Shown piece after piece: positions 1 to 12,400 of a stretch of 64,000 nt of DNA (positions within the stretch are counted from its first letter, which is position 1; every line of letters starts with the position of its first letter). The notes beneath the pieces were generated by a model. That model searched no databases. It worked only from the letters and a program-made list of their open reading frames with translations, and was not told the origin of the DNA. The translations under genes were made by a program, and so were the position numbers. This DNA is from Marsupella aquatica (Eukaryota > Plantae > Marchantiophyta), in contig OZ316892.1 of NCBI GenBank assembly GCA_973895155.1, positions 30,869,802-30,933,801 on the forward strand. The letters run 5' to 3'.

Positions 1-2619
1 GGCCATGCTTAAGATCATTCTCGATGAATTCAGAAACTTTGGGGATCTTGTCAAGGAAAAATTCTTCAACAACTTGTGGCCTTCCAAATATGCGGACAAG
101 GAAGATTACACAGAGCGGAACCGGAAGAGAGCCAAACGATATCTACACCAATTTTACATGTGGATGGAGCTTAGATCTCCTGACACTCTGTGGGCATACC
201 CGCCTGCATTTCAGAAATGGGTGTCTATTGAAGAGGGAGACGCTCTTGCCGACCTTTATTCGATGTACCCAGCGGAGGGAAAGTTTCCACCACGTTCATT
301 GTTGGAGTGGGAGAGACTTCACTGTCCGTGGTACCTCGACACAGACAAATGGGATTTACAGTTTGACAAAGCTGAGAAGGATGCCTTCATGAAGTTGCAG
401 AAGTCCCAGATCCCTGCCAACTATGTGTCTGCAATGAAGCAAGGTCTCCAGTCTGATGTTGACGAATCTGCATCTGAGTTACAAAAGAATTGTGAGTCTC
501 TTGTCATGCACGTTGACCGAAGCCGTAAGCCAAGAGCAAAGGCAAAGAATGAGTCAGCTGCACCAAGTGACTCCACAAGGTCCTTCAAGAAAAGTGAGTA
601 GTCTAAGCGCTTTTTGGTTACTTGTTGGCACTGCTTATGCAGGAGTTTCATTTGGAAATCCCTTTGATTAATAGCGCCTGGCACTAGTCTAAAAGGTTGG
701 ACTCATGCAAGTTTCTGTGCCTAATAGGAGGTCGAAAGTCCAACACTGAGGTCCCGGCTGCCGAAGGGAAGAATGATGCAACTCCTCAGGCATCGGAGGC
801 AAACACTGGAGCTCAAGAAACCCCGGATCAAGGGACCCCGGATGGTGCTGGCAAATCCATTGTCCCTGTTGACGCAACTAGCACAAAGAAAAAGAAAAAG
901 AGAGGCGCCGGTGAGGACAGAGCAGCATCATCTACTCGAGACGTTATTTCCTGTGGACTTCAAAGAGATGTCGGGAATTTTAAGCGAAGGTGTTCTAGAC
1001 ACTGTTTTGTGGAGTCCAATTTAAACAAATTTTACGATTTGGTATTTAACAAGGGGATGAAGCCCATGTGGGTTACTAAAGTTGAGGCCTGGGGAAAGGA
1101 ATTGGTAAAGTCAGGAGACAGAGAGAAGGGAGTAATGCGTGGCAGAAAAGAGAGGGGCTTTGGTGTGGATGCTGGTTTCATCTACATTCCCACTGGATTA
1201 AAACCAACACTTCTTGATCGGAAAGTTCCCAGATGGAACCTTCAGGATTACACTATTCCTAGCTCTTTCTTCCGAGCCATGGAGCCGTTCCTTGCAGACA
1301 ATGGCCTACTTGCAATTTTACACAGAGGAGACTATGATCAGGTATCTGAAGTGATTGCGGCTTGCCAGGATTCTAAGTGTTTCCAGTGTATTTCAACCCA
1401 CCATGTGGTCATGACTACACCAATGTATAGGCCCCGATCTGATACTCAGGTAACAATTCCTCTTGCACATAATAACCCCCGGCGCTACTATCAGCATTCA
1501 CAATATCTACAATTCACTTATCTTTCGTAAGGATGAATGGTAGATTAGCGCCAAGTGCTAATATATGTGTCTGTTTTCTTATACTGCCTTCATTGGGAAA
1601 CTGTGTTGTAGATATTCACACTTACTCTTAATATATTTGCCGCATTTTGACAAAGGGAAGGGTCCCGAAAGACCCCAAGTTCCGGCCACTCTCGAATGAA
1701 GAAGACCCTTCCGTCACTAACATTATTGGGTTTTCGTTGCCGCAACATGACCCAACTCCTGAGCTCCAATTTGCAGGAAATTCACGATTGCCTATGGGTT
1801 TCATGCAAACTATTTTGGAATTGGTGACTCTTCCTGGAGATATCGTTATGGACTGGACAGTAGGTTCCGGTAGTACGTTTGTGGCTGGAGATTATTTTGG
1901 TCGCTTTGTTGTTGGGCTGGAAAATCGGCCAGAGTTTGTTGATACTTCCAGTAAGGTCTTCCTCGATCTTTTACAAAACAAAGAAGTGGTTGCACCAACT
2001 CCTCCTAAGAAGATTCCTGGAAGTAAGAAGTAGGACAGGCTCCGTGCTATTCTAAATTTTGATTCGGAAGACAAGGATGAGGGTGGCAATGCTTCTCAGC
2101 AATCTAAAGATGATGAGGTGTTGAAGAATGTGGTGGACCTTGGATCTGGAGATGAGGGCAGTGAAGAGTAATTTTCTTTAGCTTTCTTTCTCTCATTGTA
2201 TACTTTTTTCCAAAGAACTCCTATACTCCCTTTTGTCTAGAAAATTCGCCCGATTTCCCAACTTTGACTAAAGAACTCCAGTTCAAATTCTCAGGTCAGA
2301 GTGGAATCTTCGGAGGCATTTTCAACTTCGAATGAACGTCTCTAGGAACGTTGTACAGACCCCAGAGAAGCCATTTGTTCTCCCCTCTTATGCTGAAAAG
2401 GCGGCACGACGGGCAGATTCAGTCAGGACGCTTACTTGGGAGAGTAAGGGTCTTAGACTCAGGAGAGGCTCAGATAGAAAGTTTGTGCAGAATCACTTCA
2501 TAGATGATATTGCAAAATCCAAGTATGTGGACGACAAAGCAGAGTCCACTGATAGATCAGAAAGTAGCAGTTCTGAATTGGGCTCAGAGTCGAGTGGTGG
2601 TTGTGGATCTAGTCTTTAG
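1..2619 (+). pseudogene. Spliced gene (5' end outside window) for a beta-class N4C/N6A DNA methyltransferase-like protein, probably disabled
   Basis: Exon ..593; GT-AG intron 594-727 joins ORFs 5..601 and 697..1530 in frame (phase 1); exon 728-1449; intron 1450-1611; exon from 1612. The protein has VDAGFIYIPTGL (position of motif IV, D/S-PPY), FFRAMEPFLADNGLLAILH, and later LPMGFMQTILELVTLPGDIVMDWTVGSGSTFVAGDYFGRFVVGLE (SAM-binding motif I region, PF01555-like). Apparent frameshift near 1631-1646 and TAG at 2031; the frame stays open to ~2170, with a possible last exon to 2619. Confidence 0.72.
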
Positions 2620-2772
2620 TTTTCTTTGTTTTATTTACCCGTTTATGGAGAACGACGACACTCAATAAGAAGCCGTGACATGTCAAATTAGAGTAGTGCC
2701 CGGCGCTATTACTGTAGCCGGTAGTTCAAAGAGGTTTTTATTTGGTTGTTTTCCTTATAGCGCCCGATGCTA
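672..2772. repeat. Dispersed 15-bp palindromic motif TAGCGCC-N-GGCGCTA, 5 degenerate copies
   Basis: 672-686 TAGCGCCTGGCACTA; 1473-1487 TAACCCCCGGCGCTA; 1546-1560 TAGCGCCAAGTGCTA; 2694-2708 TAGTGCCCGGCGCTA; 2758-2772 TAGCGCCCGATGCTA. All lie in predicted introns or the 3' flank. Confidence 0.75.
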
Positions 2773-2921
2773 GTATAAATGTACTCAATGGCCGCTTCAC
2801 GTCCAATATATGTGACAAATTTTCATACCCTTCGGTGTCTTTTTTTGGGTGCACATTTGCTGGTATGAGTTTTGTTGTTTGTTGTTTGCTGTTTACTGTT
2901 TGCTGTCACGGAGAGATCCCC

Positions 2922-5731
2922 CCATTTCTCTCTTTCCTTGACTGCGCCGGCCAACTCTCCTTGGGTCCGAGTCAGTTTATCTTTGATAATCTGATTGTCA
3001 GATTGAGCGGTATCCAACTGCCCCTGCATGATGTTTAGCTCATGCCGCTTAATCCGCAGCTCATCTTGGGCTTTCTTGGCCACTTGCAGGACTTCCACCT
3101 TGGCTTCCTTCTCCCTAAGCCGCCGGATGACCTCGTCCTTTTTGCTTCTCTCCAAAGCCACCGCTTCTTCTAATCGGTGCTTTTCCAACATCTCCCTCTG
3201 GAAAAAGGGTCCCTGCTCCAACTCCTCCCCAAAGATGCTGACCGCCAGGTCCCCACACATCTCCCCGTACTCCATGGCTCTATCCTTAGCATAGGTGGAG
3301 TAACTAGAAGTCATCAGCATCAACCACCGCGGCCTCTGCTCCCAAGCCACCTTGCGGATTTCTTCTACGGTGGCAAGAGGGTTGCTTCTTTTTTTGGCAA
3401 GCCGCCTGATGTCCTCCGGCCAATCTCCTCCTGGTAAATCCTTCTCACTAGCCAGGGCTGCTTTCTCTTCCTCCCTAAGTCGCTCCTGAAATTCTTGTGC
3501 CATCTGCTTTATGCCGTGAAAGCTCGGGGGAGCAACCTCTGGTTGGGGAGACTCGGGGCTACTCTGCTGGGTGGGGTCCCCTCAAACTACTCTTGGAAGT
3601 GTGGGGATAAATCGGCCACAGGTCCTTACTCCTGGAACAAGATGATCCAACCCATAGCCGGAGTTATCATTGTTGTAGTCCTCCATCGCCTCCTCCACTA
3701 CTTGGACTCCCGACTTCTCCCTTTGTTCCCTTGGTCCAGTCGTGAAAATGGCCTTACAGATCACGGGCTTTGGTTCTGGTTTCCAGGCTGTCGTCTCCCT
3801 CTGCTCTTCGCGGGAAGGAGCCTTAGGCTGCTCTGCCTCTGATTCGGGGCTTGAGGCTCCCACATACATTCGCACTCCCGGCTTGTGTTCTGGCCTCCGT
3901 CTCTCCTTGGCTCCGGTAAAGGGGTCTTCCCTTCTGAGTCGGCTTAGGCCGACCTCTGGGGCAGCGTCCTGTATCGGTGCCGTTGCCGTTGCTGGAACCA
4001 GTGTTGGTGCCGTTCTCTTTTCCTTCTCCAGCAATTTCAGCAGATTTTGCATGCCTGGTTGCTGCATCGGCAAGTCTTCTTTCCTTGGCCGAAACACCTG
4101 CTCGATTGTAGGACTGTTGGGCTGGTTGGGCTTCTCTGGTGCCGGCCCCTGCTCCGGAACCTCCTCCGGTGCCCTTGCCGATAGGGGAAGTATTGGGGCA
4201 AATATTTGACTTCTGGCATACCGGCACAATAGCGGCATGTGATAGCCAAGCCGGGACACGCTTCCCACGCCGATCATCTGCTGTTCCTCCTTCAAGATTT
4301 TCTTCAATTGGTTGAGGAGGTACCCGTTGTAATCCCGGCTTGGGTCTGGCCTTTCTGCTAGGTAGACCTGAGCCTTGCCGATCTCTGCCCTCGGCAAGTT
4401 ACAATGCATGGTCACCCGCAAGAAATCGATCATCTCTCCGATGTGTGGGTTAGTGCAGGTGTTCCGGAAGAAGCCATTCTTTGTTGATGGTCCTGGGAAT
4501 GACCGGAACTCCTTGTCAGGTAAGGTCTTCCTGGTATCAACCTTGGTCTTATTACCCATCGACAAGCCAAACACCTCGGCAATCACCCGGGGAGTGAGAT
4601 AGAAATCCTTCCCATACACCCTCGTGGAATTGGTCTCGGGTTCCCATGCATCCCACGAATTCTAATAAGTCTGAGTTTGGCACCTCCGGCTTCAGCCATG
4701 GTAATCTTACGAAGGCTTCCAAGCCGAATTCGGCCATGAAGCCTTGGTACTTCTTGGTCTGCATGGCCGTAAAGCATGCATCCTCCTCCCGTGCAAAGTG
4801 CAATTGCACTTCCTCCGGTAGGGTCGCCGCCCAGCCTTTCCAAGTGTCATCGTTTGTTGGAATGGCATTGATGGGATTGACCTCTTCCACTTTGGCTTCT
4901 CCCTGCCTCCTGCTCTGCTGCTCTGCTGGCTTCCTTGGTGCCGCCGACCTCGTTCTTTTTTCCGGGGTGGCCTCTTTGTTGTTGTTTCCTTTCCTCTTCA
5001 TCTCGGCTGCCGTGGATGTTTCTCCTAGCAAGGTTGCCTTTGTCCACCCCTCCGTGTTACCCTTCAACTCCCAGTGTAGGTCGTTGCAACGATTGATGGC
5101 TTCCCGGATGCCGATGATTCTGTTTTCGCAAAACAGAAGGTCGTCAAGCTGATTGGCAGTAGGAGTCCACAAGAACTTGGCCTTGATAAGTTCTCCTCCT
5201 AAGAAACCGTCTTCTGCAGTTCCCAGAGCCAAGCAAGCTCCTGCCGTTCTTGAGCTGCTCTCTCCAATTCTTTGTCCTGGTAAGTCCTAACGTACTCACC
5301 TGCCCGTTCAAACAGGCATCCCCAAAAATGTGCCACTTGATTGACGTTGCTCATACCCTCCTTGAGTTGATCATTGGTATCTGTTCCCACCCCGAGTGCT
5401 TGCCTAAGCAACTGACAGCATTTGGCCTCCCGTAGTCGTCTCCCCAGTTCATTCTTGCAAATGAGCCACTATTCCTCGCAAGCGGTCCTTACCCCTCTCC
5501 TCCTCTAGTCTTCCCTCCCGTTGGTCACCCCTAGCCGCCGACGCTTAGCGTGCCCTAACCCTAATTGTGTTCTCTCCCCCGGCGTCCTTACTTCCGGCCT
5601 CGTCCCGGGTTCCATAGTCACCCTTAATTGTTTATATTTTCCTTGTTTTTGTTCCTATACTAAGGTGTTTCCAAGGTACACTCCTGCTTTACCATGTAAA
5701 CCGGGATAGTGATTCCTGGCTAGGCATCACA
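2922..5731 (-). mobile_element. Truncated, diverged copy of family-A giant LTR with a disrupted internal ORF
   Basis: Colinear with ~11420-14046 and has the same terminus (...TAGGCATCACA at 5731). ORF pieces 5199..5411, 4552..5232, 3582..4619 and 2823..3503 match the family-A protein. Left part missing; no TSD. Confidence 0.88.
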
Positions 5732-6218
5732 CCTCGTCAAAGTTTTGGATAAACTTCGTCATATCCTACCCGTAGTACCTACAAGTGTTCCAAGGGAGTG
5801 TGGCCGAGGTGCTCAAACCCTTGGGTCTTCAAGTAACATGCATGCTTTGGGTGGAGAATGATTTTGTGAACATTCTCCCCCATCTGATGCATGATTAATT
5901 TGGCCACCGCGACGGTGGCTATAGGTAGGCCGGATACTGAGGCCGGCTCCTTCCGCTTCCTACCCCGAGAATGGTTTTGTGGAATGGAGATATGAAAGTA
6001 TTTGGTAAAAACTATCAAACTTTTTCACTTTTGAGCACTATATTAAGATCATTTGAAGCAATCAACAACTTTATAATCTATTTTGATCTTTGAAGTAAAG
6101 TTATGGAGGAAAATGAAGAAATCCAAATTTTCATGAAGAATCGCTTTGGACAAAAACCGAAGAAACTTGCTTTTCCATTGAAGAATCGTTTTTGGAGAAT
6201 CTACAATAACTTTGATAG

Positions 6219-6377
6219 TGTTATAAGGGACAAAACCCTAACCCTACTTACCCTAGAACATAGGAGGTTACATAACCGCCATACCATGTACTACATAGGG
6301 AGAGATTTCCACTCCCACAATGCAATGAAGGAAGTGAGCTTGCTGGTGTATTGAATGTCCATGATTAATCCATATCA
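6219..6377 (+). repeat. 5' LTR of Copia element 1
   Basis: TGTTATAAGG...CATATCA, repeated at 16817-16975. Confidence 0.95.
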
Positions 6378-6726
6378 CGTTATCAACACGACTCTATCCT
6401 TGGAGCACAATTCTTGATTTTTCCTTAAGCAATTGATTCAGTGAATCGATATGCACATTTCGAATTATTGATTGAACCAAGGATCAAATTTTTTTTCTCA
6501 AACAACACCTTGAAGGATCAGGAGCGCAGACATCTGAACACCGAATACCCACATTGAAATTTGCTCTTTGATCAATGCGAGGAAGTTTCTTCTTCACTGT
6601 TTTCTTTCCATTTGAATTTCTTAGACCTCAATGCCACAACTGATTTAAAGAATTCAGGCAGAGCATAACTCACAAATCGCTTGATATAACTCGATTTGAG
6701 ATCCTATCATCATAACTTCCATCACC

Positions 6727-9494
6727 ATGAATTCAATAGAGAAGCTTCAATTTAAGGCTCTAACTATTGATGGTGCCAATTATTTCTCCTGGTCACTTGA
6801 TGTCGAAGCATATCTTTACTCAAAAGACCTATAGGACGCTATTTTAACCGATGCAGGCCTAACATTACAGCAAAAGGCGAGAGCATTAATCTTCATACGC
6901 CACCACCTTGTAGAGCCACTCAAGATTCAATATCTCAATCAATACAACCCTCGAATTCTTTGGGAAGATCTCAAATCACGGTTTGATCACATGAGCCTAG
7001 TCTCTCTGCCGGCCGCACGCCACGACTGGATAAATTTGCGTGTACAGGACCACACTTCTATATCAAACTACAACGGAGAACTTTTTTGCATCACCTCTCA
7101 ACTCGCAATCTGTGGCCACCCAATTAATGACGCCGAGCAGATTGAAAGAACCCTATCAACATTCAGTGCCAGAAATCTCATCCTTGCATCCCAATACCAA
7201 AACATGGGTTTTACAAAATATTATGAGCTAATTGCTCATATGCTTCTTGCTGAGAAGCACCAAATACTCCTACTGGAAAATGCAAAATCTTGCCCACCAG
7301 GTACAGCCGCTCCACCACCCAAACCTGAAATCAATTTCAACAGACAAAATGATAAGATCCGAGGCAAAGGACGTGGCACATTCAGGGGGAGAGGACAACG
7401 ACCATTTATCAGAGGCAGAAACCAACAAAGGGGCAGAGGCTATGGACAATTCCATAATTTGGAATACCAATCTTCTGGACATTTTTATCGAGGAAGAGGA
7501 CAACGTGGACAAGGTAATGGATACAGAGGCAGAGGCCGTAGCGGAGGCCGTGGCCGAGGACCTAATAGTTGGACCAGAGAGAACGAAAATCTGACTGAAT
7601 GTTTCAGGTGCGGCACAAAGAGTCACCTACAGAAAAATTGCCGATCTCCTGCCCACCTGGTCCAACTTTATAAACAAAGCATGGAATTACCTAGTAATGA
7701 AGCCCATGGAAACTATATGGAAACTACAGATGATATTGAGGGATATGCACCAGAAGTACATACTGCCCAATTAGGAGCTAATCCCTCTATGCTCGACGAT
7801 CATCACAACTGTATTGTCGATAGCGGCACATCTCATTCCATCCTATGCCATAAAGATTATTTCCTACGTATCACTCCATCCCACAGATCCATGACAACCA
7901 TAACTGGACCTAATCATATAGAGGAAGGTTATGGTCCAGCACAAGTCAGATTCCCCAAGGGCACAATTCTCCACATAGACTCCGCCATTTATGCTCCGCG
8001 GGCTACTCGAAACCTGATAAGTTTCAGTGATATACGCGCCAATAAATTCCACATTCATACAGAGACATGTGGCAACCGTGAGGTCCTACATATCCTAGAA
8101 AATACCACATCAGGGAGATTAGTGCGAGAGATACTCCCCGTATATCCCCCAGGACTCTACATCACCCGAATCTATTCATATCATGCTACAAGTACTTCAC
8201 TGACTTTAACACAAATATGGCATAATTGCCTTGGACATCCTGGTACAAGTATGTACCACAATATACTGAAGGCTACCATGGGCATACCTAAAGGCGTTCA
8301 CCCATCTGCTACCAGCAAACCCTGCCTCGCATGCTCACAAGGAAAAATGGTTACCCGTCCCTCACCATCCAAGACAATACATCAGATACCACAATTTTTG
8401 GAGAGAATACACGCTGATGTCTGTGGCCCTATTGACCCTCCTTCTGGCCCATTCCGATATTTCCTAGTTATCATGATGCCTCTACTAAGTGGTCTCCCTG
8501 CTCTCTACCCGTAACCTGGTCTTCCCACGAATATTATCGCATATATTGAAATTAAAATACCAATTCCCAGAGAGTCCCATCAAAACCATTAGAGTTGATA
8601 ACGCGGGGGAATTTACCTCCAAAACTTTTGATACACTCTGTGAAACTGCAGGTATCAATACAGAATATCCGGTTCCACATGTTCACTTTCAGAATGGTCT
8701 TGCAGAATCCATAATCAAACGAATACAGATGGTGGCCAGACCTCTCTTGATGCAGTCAAATTTACCAGCATCAGCTTGGGGCCATGCGGTCCTGCATGCA
8801 GCTGCCCTTATTCAACTGAGACCGTCCTCATTTAATACACAGACCCCACATTTTCTAGCATATGGATTACCACCAAACATCACACATCTACGAATTTTTG
8901 GCTGCCTGGTACTTGTCCCAATTTTAGGTCCCAAGAGAACTAAAATGGGACCTTAGAGACAGTGCGGTATCTATGTGGGCTTTGACTCACGCTCTATTAT
9001 AAGATATTTGGAACCTTCCACAGCAGATGTTTTTAAAGCACGGTTCCAAGACTGCCATTTCTTTGAAGACGATTTTCCAACCCTTACAGAAGATCCCAAG
9101 AGAAATGGCGATGTACCAGTGAAAGACTTACAATGGTTGTCTCCTCGCCTGCTTACAGAGGACCACTGAACTAAAGAAACAGATCTGGAAGTACAACGTG
9201 TTCTCCACTTACAACAAATGCTTATGAAACTTCCCGATGCATTCAACGATGCAGCCACTGTCACTCGCTCACACATCGAAGCAGCCAACATACCAGCTCA
9301 AATTTCTCGGCAGCCTACACCAGCCACTCACGCTGCACCCAAGGCCAAAAGAGGATGCCCACTGGGATCCAAGGACTCTCATCCAAGACAGTCCCGCACG
9401 AGTGTAGCTCGTCCATCTCCATAGAACCATCTTCACAAGGACCAGCCGATAATGAGGAGATCACAATTAATTACGTACATATCGGGAAGATAAT
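6727..9494 (+). pseudogene. Copia gag - protease - integrase (stops and frameshifts)
   Basis: Zn knuckle CFRCGTKSHLQKNC, protease IVDSGTSH, GAG-pre-integrase WHNCLGHP, integrase HADVCGP / IRVDNAGEF / QNGLAE. Confidence 0.93.
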
Positions 9495-12400
9495 TGTGGT
9501 GCGTCCCATGGCTCCCTAAACCCAAGAAACCCCCCAGCTCAAGCCGATTCCCGTAGGTTTCGTGCTTGGCGAGGCCATTTCCGCGGCTTAGTGGCATGGG
9601 ACGCTGCTAACCTTCTACTACTACTATTAAAATTTTACACACATATACTGGACAGATCCTTCATCGGGTCATGAGATACGTAGCCGGCCTAATCTAGGCC
9701 TTTCCCTGTCTTCCCCTCCGTCTTCTTAGGTATGTTTGGATTCCGCCGCCGGAATGATCCCCAATAGGCTTGGTTAAGCCGCTAAGACCTCTCTCAGCTC
9801 GACACATCCAACTCTCACTCCCCTGCTTACTTTCCTTCCCTTTGGTTGATGTGGGCACTCTTCACAGAAGTTAATGCGACACACAAATAGCAAAATGACT
9901 CATTCTGACTGAGTCATACCATGCACTTGCCATACAAACAGTACATCTCATACACAAGTTCTGCGAACTAAGCCGTGAGGCCAACTCTATTCAACTCTTA
10001 GGCATGAGGAAACATGAATATACACAAGGGTCACTGTATGACTAACCGAGAGCGTCTCGTACTACTTGATCCCAGCCCGGCTGGTGCAAACTAAAAACTT
10101 GCTAAAGAAGAGGCCCTGAGCTCCCCGCTGCCCAGGTACTTATCCTGGCAGTGGATCCGCCATTCTTTGCATCGTAAGCCTAATCTACTTAACAATAATC
10201 TACTTGCCCGAATCTACCTATGTACAGCAAGGCAGGAGCACAAGTGTTGCTCCTACCAGTGGGACCGCAATCCCACTAAGCTAAGTGTCAGGGCCGCTCC
10301 TGGTCCTGATCCTAATCCTAAACTTGGAGATCAGCGCCCGCCCTGCCCACTCACGCCTCCTCCCTCCACGTCCGCCCTCCCTAAAAGGAACGGCGCCCTT
10401 GCACCGTCACGACACCGGTGGTGGATCCTTAATGGACGCCCCCAACGCTTCCTCCTCAGCCATTGCCGTAGGCTCATTCTCTGACAGATTACCTGCCCTT
10501 GACTGAGTCAACTCTCCATCGGCCTGACTGGGTCCACCATCGGCGTCGGCATCGGTACGGCCTCAGCCTCGGCTACGGTCTCCCCGGCCTGCTCAAGAGG
10601 CGGATCTGGAATACCGGCCTCATTACTGAGTAGTTCATCTTGGGCCGCACCACCCCCACCTGTGATGATAGCGGGATCTATTGCCGTATTCATGCCGGAG
10701 GATGGTGCTGGTTCTACCTCTTTGGTCACCACGGCTTGTGGAGTCGGATTACTCCTTGACCCTGAAGGTTTCCGCTTTTTCTTCTTTTCTGGTTCGGCAG
10801 CTGGTCCCTTCCCCTTCCCACTTACTTCCGGCACTGGTGCAGTTGGCGCGGCTTTTTCTTCGGCCAATACCACTCCTGGTAACTTGGTTGCCCCAATTGG
10901 AGTTGGGCCTGATGAAGACAAGCACTTAAATACTGCGGCTTGTTTCTTCAGCCGCTCTGTTTGGTTGTCGGCCCGCCGCTGGAGGTTCTCCATCTTCCTC
11001 GTGATTTCCTCCAACTCCTCCTGGGTCTCATCCAGGTCCTTGCGTGCCTCCTCTAGTTCCTTCTGGGCTTCCTCCCGTTCTTGTTTCAAGGTAGTCCTCT
11101 CCTCCTGGGTTGCTCTTAGCTCCTTGTCGAGCTCTGCAATGATGACAGACTCCATCTGGTTCATCTTGGCGTAAGTCTGTTCGAGCATCTCGTCCTTCTC
11201 CCTTAGGTCGGCCTTGAAGCTGGCCGTCAGGGACGCAAGCTCCTGCTGCAGCGCCATAATCCCTTGATAGGATTTCCCTAACTCGGCCTCCTTCTGCTCA
11301 AGGGCTCCGCGGATTTTCTCGAGCTCCCCCTTCAACGCCCATTCCTTTCTTTGGGTCTCCGCCATGGCCCGGCTGTTGGCTGTTATGTGGGCCTCCTCTG
11401 TATTCTTCAGCTCTTGCTTCCACTTCTCCCTCTCTTTGATCGTGTCGGCCAACTCTCCCTGCGTCTGAGTCAGTTTATCCTTGATATTCTGATTATCAGC
11501 CTGCGCGGTGTCCAACTGCCCCTGCATGATGTTCAGCTCATGTCGTTTAATCCGCAGTTCATCTTGGGCTTTCTTGGCCGCCCTTAGATCTTCAATCTCG
11601 GCTTCCATCCTCCTAAGCCGCCAAATGACCTCGTCCTTCTTGCTTCTCTCTAAAGCCACCGCTTCTTCTAATTGGTGCTTCTCCAACTGCTCCTTATGGA
11701 AAAAGGGTCCTACTTCCAACTCCTCTCCAAAGATGTCGAGCGCAAGTTCCCCACACATCTCACCATACTCCATGGCTCTATTCTTAGCGTAGGTGGAGTA
11801 AGTAGAAGTGATCGGCATCGCCCATCGCGGCCTCTGCTCCCAAGCCGTCTTGCAGATCTCTTCAATCGTGGCTAGAGGTTTGCTTCCTTTTTTGGCTAGC
11901 CGCCTGATGTCCTCCGGCCAATCTCCTCCTGGTAAATCCTTTTCCCTAGCCAGGGCTGCCTCCTCTTCCTGCTTGATTTGCTCCTGAAATTCCTGCACCG
12001 TCTGTTTTATGCCGTCGAAGCTCGGGGGAGCAACATTTGGTGGGGGAGACTCAGGGCTACTCTGCTGGTTGGGGTCCCCTTGCACTACCCTTGGAAGTGT
12101 GGGGACAAACCGGCCACATGTCCTTACTCCTGGGATGTGATGGTCCGACCCATAGCCGGAATTATCATGGCTGCAGTCCTCCACTGCCTCCTCTACTTCT
12201 TGGCCGTCCGGCTTCTCCCTCTCCTCTTCGTCGGTAGGAGCTTCAGGCAATTCTGCCTCAGATTCGGAGCTTGAGATTCCCACATACATTCGAACACCTG
12301 GCTTGGATTCAGGCCTAATTTTCTCCTTGTCTCCAGCAAAGGGGTTTTCTCTTGTGAGCCGGTGTAGGCCTACCTCTGTAGTAGTGTCCTGCATTGTTGC

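Noticed and set aside
3742-5152. Plus-strand ORFs opposite the family-A gene (and similar shadows elsewhere)
   Set aside because: Antisense shadows of GC-rich coding sequence.
2904-5731. TGTCACGG at 2904 as the left end of a complete family-A unit
   Set aside because: Flanks TTTGC and CCTCG are not a TSD, and the sequence does not match the family-A terminus at 9495.
10900-11750. SMC-, myosin- or tropomyosin-like host gene
   Set aside because: Only a generic coiled coil, with no ATPase or motor motifs, and it lies inside a TSD-flanked TG..CA unit.
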